NCBI GenBank assembly: GCA_963809425.1
Contig: CAWEJK010000013.1
Span: forward strand, 49,359 to 113,358
Reading direction: 5' to 3'
DNA length: 64,000 nucleotides
Source of the DNA: Thermoanaerobaculia bacterium
GTDB lineage: Bacteria > Acidobacteriota > Thermoanaerobaculia > UBA5066
Positions within the stretch are counted from its first letter, which is position 1, and every line of letters starts with the position of its first letter. The translations under genes were made by a program, and so were the position numbers. Under the pieces are notes generated by a model, which did no database searches, was not told the origin of the DNA, and saw only the letters and a list, made by a program, of their open reading frames with translations. Positions 58,752 through 64,000 of this stretch are shown piece by piece.

Positions 58752-59149
58752 CAGGCGCTCCCCTGCTTGACCGTCACGGCGGCGCGCGCGACCGCGCCGC
58801 CTTCGGTATCGCGGACGACGCCTTCGAACTTCACCGTGTCGCCGAGCCGTCCGGCGATCGCGACGTCGATCGTGAGGACGTCTCCGGCGACGGGCAGCCG
58901 CTGGACCGAGAAATCGGAGATGCCGGCGAGGAAGCCCTTCCGCCCGAGCGCCGCGTCGCCGCCCTGGAGGAGCAGGGCCGACTGCGCGACGAGCTCGGCC
59001 AGCACGGCGGCTGGAAATCCATTCGCACGCACGGCTTCGGCGTCCGCCGTCACGCAAGCCCGCACGCGGCCCTCCGCCGGGCCGGTCCGTTCGACGACGC
59101 GATCGGCGAAGCGGAACGGAAACGCGTGCGGCAGAGCCTGAAAGTCCAC
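58751..59149 (-). CDS. FabZ/FabA-like hotdog-fold dehydratase
   Basis: 132 aa from GTG 59149: VDFQALPHAFPFRFADRVVE... (LPHxxPF motif), then a hotdog-type sequence to the stop at 58751. Confidence 0.65.
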   Translation of the reverse strand: MDFQALPHAFPFRFADRVVERTGPAEGRVRACVTADAEAVRANGFPAAVLAELVAQSALLLQGGDAALGRKGFLAGISDFSVQRLPVAGDVLTIDVAIAGRLGDTVKFEGVVRDTEGGAVARAAVTVKQGSA

Positions 59150-59154
59150 CTCTC

Positions 59155-59418
59155 TCAGGCCGCCTTCTGGCGCACGAACTCGCACAGGGCGCTCACGGAG
59201 GCGAACGCTTTCACGCCCACTTCCTCGTCCTGCACCTTGATTCCGAACTCCTTCTCGACGCCGAGCACGAGCTCGAGGGCGTCGATCGAGTCCAGGCCGA
59301 GGCCGCCGTCCGCGTCCCCGAAAAGCGGCGCGTCGTCGGCGATCGTCGCGGGATCCATTTCGAGCTTGAGCTGCCGAACGATCAGCTCCTTGACTCTCTT
59401 CTTCAGGTCGTCTGACAA
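59155..59418 (-). CDS. acyl carrier protein
   Basis: 87-aa ORF with the phosphopantetheine site LGLDSIDALELV. Confidence 0.9.
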   Translation of the reverse strand: MSDDLKKRVKELIVRQLKLEMDPATIADDAPLFGDADGGLGLDSIDALELVLGVEKEFGIKVQDEEVGVKAFASVSALCEFVRQKAA

Positions 59419-59480
59419 GGACTACTCCCTCCCGGGTTGGCCGGAACCGCGGAGTATACGAGCGCTGGACCCGGCCGGCC

Positions 59481-60257
59481 TCAGCCGACGAATCCACCGT
59501 CGATCCGCACCGTCTGGCCCGTGAGGTACCCCGCGCCGTCCGTGCACAGAAACGAGACGAACGGGGCGATGTCCTCCGGCCTGCCGAAGCGCCGCGCCGG
59601 AACCCGCTTGAGGAAGTCCTCGCGGGCTTCCTTCGTGAGGAACGAGATCATCTCGGTCTCGACGAATCCGGGGGCGACCGCGTTCACGGTGACGCCGAAA
59701 GCCCCGACCTCGGCCGCGAGCGACTTCGTGAAGGCGACGAGAGCGCCCTTCGCGGCGGAGTAGTTCGTCTGCCCGGCGCTCCCCGAGAACGCCGCGAGCG
59801 ACGAGATGTTCACGATGCGGCCCCAGCGGCGTCGCAGCATTCCGCGCATCACGGCCTTCGTCATGCGGTACGTGCCGCCGAGCGCCGTGTCGAGGACGAG
59901 ATTCCAGTTCGCGTCGGGCATGAGCGCGAAGAGGCCGTTCTTCAGGACGGCGGCGTTGTTCACGAGCACGTCCACGCCCTCGCGCTCCTTGTCGAGGCGA
60001 TCGGCGAGGGCGGCGATGTCGGCCGCGGACGTCACGTCCGCCTTGACGGCTTCCCCGCTCCCTCCGGCCGCCCGGATCGCCTCGACGGCGGCCTCCGCCC
60101 CCGATGCGTCCGCGCGGTACGTGAGAACGGCGTGATAGCCGTCGGCGGCGAGGCGCTCGCCGATGGCGCGGCCGATGCCGCGCGATCCGCCGCTCACGAG
60201 CGCGACGCGCTTCCGGGCGGAGGAATCGGAGGAATTCGGAGAATTCGGAGAAGTCAT
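59481..60257 (-). CDS. 3-oxoacyl-ACP reductase (SDR, FabG-like)
   Basis: 258-aa ORF with VSGGSRGIGRAI, NNAAV, a YSAAK catalytic motif and PGFVETEM. Confidence 0.9.
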   Translation of the reverse strand: MTSPNSPNSSDSSARKRVALVSGGSRGIGRAIGERLAADGYHAVLTYRADASGAEAAVEAIRAAGGSGEAVKADVTSAADIAALADRLDKEREGVDVLVNNAAVLKNGLFALMPDANWNLVLDTALGGTYRMTKAVMRGMLRRRWGRIVNISSLAAFSGSAGQTNYSAAKGALVAFTKSLAAEVGAFGVTVNAVAPGFVETEMISFLTKEAREDFLKRVPARRFGRPEDIAPFVSFLCTDGAGYLTGQTVRIDGGFVG

Positions 60258-61320
60258 TTTGTTTCGGACCCGAGCGCATCCCGAGATGCCATGACGGAGT
60301 CGCGCTTCGGATTCTCCTTGAAGGGGAAGAGGGGAGGTGGAGTCAATTCCTTCGCGAAGGCGTCGATGGCCTCCGGATCTTCCAGCGCGCCCTTCGGCAT
60401 CTGTGCGTCGCGAACCGTCCAGCGGACGAGCTTCGTGAGCACGTCCCCAGGCCCCACTTCCGCGAAGCGGCGCAGCCCGGCCTCGCGCATGACCTTCAAC
60501 GTCGGTCCGAAAAGGGATGGAAGAGAGATTTGCTTAGAAAGGACATGGGCGGCCTCCTCGGCGGACTGCACCCGGCGGCCCAACATGGGAGCGAAGAGAG
60601 CCGACCGCGGCTGCGAGACGCTCACACCCCTTTCTAAGAAACTTTGCAGGCGCTCTACAAACTGGTTCAAGGCGAGTCGTGTGCATCGGGATCTTGATCG
60701 AAAGCAAATCTGTCTTCAGCGCCACCGGCCGAAAGGCGTCGACCGCCGACGCGACGAGCGCCCGCTCGCCCGAAAAGACGAACTGCGCGGCCGCGTTCTC
60801 GGTCGCGATCGCGAGGCGCGCGCGGTCGGGCGTCAGCGCGCGGAGCGTCGCCTCCACCGCCGGCCGCCCGAGCCCGATGACGTACGCCATCCCGCCATCC
60901 AGCTCCCCCCGCCGCGATGCTTCGGTCATGAGGCGCTCGGCCTCGAGGAGGACGTCGAGCGCGGCCCACGTCTCGAGCGAGCCGACCGCGACGAACGCGG
61001 CGTACGTCCCGAGGCTGTAGCCGACGGCGGCCGCGGGCTCGAGCCGATGGATGCGCCGAAGCGTTTCGAGCGCGGCGAGAGAGGTCGCAAAGACGCCGAC
61101 CTGGGCGGGCAGGTCGTCGTGAAGCGACGAATTGCCCTCTCCAAAGAACGTATCGGCGAGGCGAACTCCCGACCGCACGGAGATTTCTTCGAATAGAGAG
61201 GACGCGAACTCGTATCTGCGGGCGAGAGCCTCGCCCATCCCCGCCTTCTCGGACAACTGACCCGGAAAAAGCGCCGCGAATGAAGACGATCGCGGCTCGC
61301 CGAACGACGAGAGTCGTCAC
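60254..61320 (-). pseudogene. malonyl-CoA:ACP transacylase (FabD-like), two homopolymer frameshifts
   Basis: GTG 61320 overlaps the deacetylase stop (GTGA). Removing one base from the A5 run at 61266-61270 gives AAIVFIRGAFPGQLSEKAGMG. GYSLGTYAAF (GxSxG). Removing one base from the A3 run at 60659-60661 joins ...MHTTRLEPV to VERLQSFLERG... Confidence 0.8.
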
Positions 61321-62243
61321 GCCGCGACCCCCGACTTCTCTTCTTCTTTCTTCCCCTTCAAAGAAATCTTCTCTTCTTCTTTCTCTTTCTTTCTTTCCAA
61401 AGAAATCCCCTCTTCGGCCCTCGCCGACGAAATCGGGGCGAACGTCCATCGCTTCAGGAACCGCGCCCAACGGCCCTCGGTCCGCGTTCGCCCCGCGAAG
61501 TGGACGAGACTCTGAACGGGCGACAGCCCGGGCATCGCGGGGTGGTCCGGGTCGAGCTCCCAGGGATGCGCGTAGAGGACCGGCGGAGCCCCGGCGGCGA
61601 GAGACCGCTCGATCGCCGCCGCGACGCGGCTCTCGCGCGTCAGGCGAGCGCAGACGCCGCCGCCCCAGATCGCGCGAAAGCCGAAGAACGTGCCCATGAG
61701 CGGCGGGACTTCCAGAATCGGGCCCGATCCGGTTTCGAGCGTCACGGGGCGCGTCGGATTCGACGGGTCCCCGACCGGCGGCGCCGTCGTGAGCGAGGAG
61801 TCGAGCGTGAAGCGTTCCTCGGCGAGAACCGAGAACGCGGCGTTGTCGGCTCGAAGCATCGACCACTCCGGGGCGCGGAAGGACGTCACGGGCTTCCCGA
61901 CGATCTCCTGAAGCGTGTCGCGGCTCTTCCGGAGGTCCTCCCGAAACTCGGGCAGCGTCATCTCGAACACCCGGCGGTGGACGTCGCCGTGGCAGCCGAC
62001 CTCGTGCCCGGCGTCGGCGATACGCCGCACGAGCGACGGGTTCTGCCGCGCGATCCAGCCGAGGGTGAAGAACGTCGCCGTGGAGCCGGTCCCGTCGAGG
62101 AGCGCGAGCAGGCGCTCGACGCCGGCGTGAACGCGCTTTCCCCGGCCGGCCCACGTGGCCGGGTCCGCGTAGAGCGGATTCCCGCAGACGTGGAACCATT
62201 CCTCCACGTCGACGGTCAGGATCGGGACAACGCTCGCGCTCAC
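61317..62243 (-). CDS. polysaccharide deacetylase (DUF3473 / PEP-CTERM-locus subtype) with odd Lys/Glu-rich tail
   Basis: 308-aa ORF with LTVDVEEWFH, TFFTLGWIA and HGDVHRRV motifs. The tail ISLERKKEKEEEKISLKGKKEEEKS is encoded by the AT-rich repeat motif. Confidence 0.85.
   Translation of the reverse strand: MSASVVPILTVDVEEWFHVCGNPLYADPATWAGRGKRVHAGVERLLALLDGTGSTATFFTLGWIARQNPSLVRRIADAGHEVGCHGDVHRRVFEMTLPEFREDLRKSRDTLQEIVGKPVTSFRAPEWSMLRADNAAFSVLAEERFTLDSSLTTAPPVGDPSNPTRPVTLETGSGPILEVPPLMGTFFGFRAIWGGGVCARLTRESRVAAAIERSLAAGAPPVLYAHPWELDPDHPAMPGLSPVQSLVHFAGRTRTEGRWARFLKRWTFAPISSARAEEGISLERKKEKEEEKISLKGKKEEEKSGVAA
61355..61415. repeat. two direct copies of the AT-rich motif in the tail of the deacetylase gene
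   Basis: ccttcaaagaaatcttctcttct (61355-61377) and tccaaagaaatcccctcttc (61396-61415), within a polypyrimidine tract. Confidence 0.8.
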
Positions 62244-62367
62244 CTCCGCGGATTATGCCGCTCGCCCCGGCGATCACGGCGCGCGTCTCGCCCTCCGATT
62301 CGAAGTTGGAGAATGAAAGACGGGAGAACGCCGGTCGGCGTTCTCCCGTCCGTGTCGCCGCGCGGGT

Positions 62368-62748
62368 CTACGGCCTCGCGCCGGGATTACCCGACGGCGA
62401 CGTTGCCGGCGCCGAGATCAGCTCGACGGTCAACGACTTCGTGCTTCCGCTTTTCTGCTCCGTCACCTTCACGCGCGATCCGACCGCGACGGAAGGATCG
62501 ATGTTCACGGTCGTGCCTTTCTGATCGAGCTTGAAGGTCAGCGTCTTGTTGTCGATCGAGGTGAGGACCAGCCTCTTGTTCGCCTCGAACTCCTTGACGG
62601 TGCCCTCCGTTGTTTTCATCTCCCCGGTGGGATCGGCGGTGGAGACTTTCATCTCGTCTCCGGCAGGCTTCGCGTACTTCTGTTCCGCGAGGACGGGACC
62701 TCCGAAGAGAAGAGCCGTGGACAGAGCTGCAATCACGCGTCTATTCAT
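62368..62748 (-). CDS. hypothetical secreted 126-aa protein
   Basis: ATG 62748 follows GGGAGG. Signal peptide MNRRVIAALSTALLFGGPVLA. Beta-rich. Sigma-54-type promoter at 62810-62824. Confidence 0.6.
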   Translation of the reverse strand: MNRRVIAALSTALLFGGPVLAEQKYAKPAGDEMKVSTADPTGEMKTTEGTVKEFEANKRLVLTSIDNKTLTFKLDQKGTTVNIDPSVAVGSRVKVTEQKSGSTKSLTVELISAPATSPSGNPGARP

Positions 62749-62809
62749 AAAACCTCCCTGCAACATTTCCCGTGACCGCGGTGCAAGATGCGGCCACACC
62801 CTCGGCAAC

Positions 62810-62824
62810 GCAATCGCCGTGCCC
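62810..62824 (-). promoter_or_regulatory. sigma-54-type promoter (gGGCACG-gcga-TTGC)
   Basis: Read on the minus strand, in the GT2/secreted-protein intergenic region. 62 nt upstream of ATG 62748. Confidence 0.55.
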
Positions 62825-62839
62825 GGGAGAGACGCCGGC

Positions 62840-63556
62840 TCAGGACGCGTCGGAATCCAGCGTCTTGTAATAAACCGACAGCCACGAGGTGATCCACGTG
62901 TCGCGGAACGGGCGGTAGTGCGACCGCGCACCGTAGATCGTTTTCACGGGCACCGCGGCGAAGCGGCGGACCCGGGGAGCCGCCTTGATGAGGATCTCGT
63001 TCTCGATGGAATACCGTTCCGCGCGGAGGCGGAGCGCGCGGAGCAGGTCCGCGGCGATCACGCGATAACCCGACTGGCCGTCCTCGACGGGCAGTCCCGT
63101 CATGCGCGAAAGGACCTTGTCCCCGATCGTGTTCGCCCAGTAGTTCTTCGCCGGCATCGCGGCCGCGTCCTTCAGGCGCGACCCGATCACGAAGTCCGCG
63201 CCGCCGCGCGCGGCGGCGAGAAGCGCCGGAAGGTCGTCCGGATCGTGCTGGCCGTCCGCGTCCACGAACGCCACGTGCGTGATGGAACGCGCGAGGAGGT
63301 CGGCGAGCCCGGACCGAAGCGCGCCGCCTTTCCCCCCGTTTTCCGGGCGCTCCAGCACGCGCGCGCCCGCGGCCCGGGCCTCGTCCGCGGTGCCGTCGCG
63401 GCTGCCGTCGTCCACGACGAGGACCTCGCCGAGATGCGTCAGGAGGCCCCGCACGACGCCGCCGACGGTGCCGGAACAGCGATAGGCGGGAACGAGGGCG
63501 GCCGGGAGAAAGGACTCGCTGCCCTCGGGCCGGGTCGTGAGGAGGTCGCCTGACAT
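62840..63556 (-). CDS. family-2 glycosyltransferase (polyprenyl-phosphate sugar transferase-like)
   Basis: 238-aa ORF with VVDDGSRDGT, NGGKGGALRSG, DADGQHDP and GYRV motifs. Confidence 0.88.
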   Translation of the reverse strand: MSGDLLTTRPEGSESFLPAALVPAYRCSGTVGGVVRGLLTHLGEVLVVDDGSRDGTADEARAAGARVLERPENGGKGGALRSGLADLLARSITHVAFVDADGQHDPDDLPALLAAARGGADFVIGSRLKDAAAMPAKNYWANTIGDKVLSRMTGLPVEDGQSGYRVIAADLLRALRLRAERYSIENEILIKAAPRVRRFAAVPVKTIYGARSHYRPFRDTWITSWLSVYYKTLDSDAS

Positions 63557-63611
63557 GCGAATGAGGGGTTGACGAACGTGCCTACTTTGTGAAAAGTATC
63601 ACGAGCGCCGC

Positions 63612-63974
63612 ATGGGTTCTCCGCTCGCCTTCCTGCCGATTCTGCTCATGCTCATGGGCGCCCTCGGCATCGGCGTCGTTCTCCTGAGCCTGAACGCTCT
63701 CCTCGGCCGGAAAATCCGCACGAAACGGAAGCTCTCGCCCTACGAGAGCGGCATGCCGCTGCTCGACGACAGCCACAAGCGCATCAGCGTCAAGTTCTTC
63801 ATCGTCGCGATGATCTTCATCCTGTTCGACGTCGAAGCGGCGTTCCTCTACCCCTGGGCCGTCGTGTTCCGGGAGGGCGGATGGCCGGTCTTCGCCGAGA
63901 TGCTCGTCTTCGTCTCCGTCCTCTTCCTCGGGTTCGCCTACCTGTGGAAGAAAGGCGCGTTCGAATGGGATTGA
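63612..63974 (+). CDS. nuoA: NADH-quinone oxidoreductase subunit A
   Basis: 120-aa, three-TM ORF with YESGMP and FDVEAAFLYPWAV motifs. Confidence 0.93.
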   Translation: MGSPLAFLPILLMLMGALGIGVVLLSLNALLGRKIRTKRKLSPYESGMPLLDDSHKRISVKFFIVAMIFILFDVEAAFLYPWAVVFREGGWPVFAEMLVFVSVLFLGFAYLWKKGAFEWD

Positions 63975-63975
63975 C

Positions 63976-64000
63976 GTGAGCGGCGGCCAGAACGTTCCCG
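63976..64000 (+). CDS. probable start of NADH-quinone oxidoreductase subunit B (truncated by window end)
   Basis: GTG lies 1 nt after the nuoA stop. Only 8 codons are visible. Inferred from conserved nuoA-nuoB order only. Confidence 0.3.

Noticed and set aside
60527-60647. Forward and reverse motif pair in the fabD-like gene as a second in-frame MITE.
   Set aside because: The intervening peptide (VERLQSFLERGVSVSQPRSALFAPMLGRRVQSAEEAAHVLSKQISLP) aligns by eye with the native FabD C-terminal region. It is probably not an insertion. It is kept only as motif copies in the family finding.
62783-62797. TGGCCG-catc-TTGC (minus strand) as a second sigma-54 promoter upstream of 62748.
   Set aside because: The GG-to-GC spacing is 9 nt, not 10, and sigma-54 spacing is strict. 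The neighbouring element at 62810-62824 has correct spacing and was kept.
63569-63597. TTGACG-N17-AAAAGT as the sigma-70 promoter of the nuo operon.
   Set aside because: The -10 hexamer is poor and I cannot validate it without TSS data. It is too weak to list as a feature.

Overview
High-GC chromosomal segment from a diderm bacterium whose gene content looks Acidobacteria-like (judged by eye). I support about 68 protein-coding genes or pseudogenes, 2 tRNAs and 1 tRNA fragment. No rRNA, CRISPR array, IS element or integrase is visible.

Gene content, left to right:
- An ECF-sigma/YciI/VOC cluster.
- A small histidine kinase plus a sigma-54 activator (bEBP).
- A run of envelope and stress genes: CsbD, BON, a His/Met-rich periplasmic protein, an Omp85-like protein, PAP2 and DUF3943.
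- A sortase with a dedicated LPATAS substrate.
- A block of PAS/hybrid histidine kinases that is heavily frameshifted.
- Two divergent secreted paralogues (CHRD and PKD/cupredoxin).
- A decaying ADH-AraC-AKR locus.
- A tRNA-Pro with a duplicated 3' half, bracketing a 2.8-kb integrase-less islet that encodes one 702-aa secreted orphan protein.
- A 13-gene operon fusing Rieske/cytochrome b, a heptahaem cytochrome c, cbb3 oxidase (ccoNO), a GltD-like Fe-S flavoprotein, ccoG and ccoI.
- merR-der-rnr.
- A lower-GC stretch of orphan genes and pseudogenes next to tRNA-Leu.
- An ACP/hotdog/KR/AT + polysaccharide deacetylase + GT2 + PilZ operon.
- The start of nuo.

Structure not captured by the gene calls:
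1. Nine sigma-54-type promoter elements with consistent geometry.
2. A recurrent AT-rich, partly palindromic motif (ATTTCTTWGAA / CTTCAAAGAAAT). Eight of nine copies lie inside unrelated coding genes. One pair bounds an in-frame ~139-bp insertion in rnr.
3. A hairpin motif (~46 bp in two copies, ~23 bp in a third) upstream of three neighbouring orphan genes.
4. A near-identical 426-bp tandem duplication of a PAS domain.
5. About 20 single-nucleotide frameshifts. Several resolve to homopolymer runs, so assembly error is likely. However, nine of them cluster in 2.1 kb of signalling genes.

All family assignments come from reading the translations. No searches were run.
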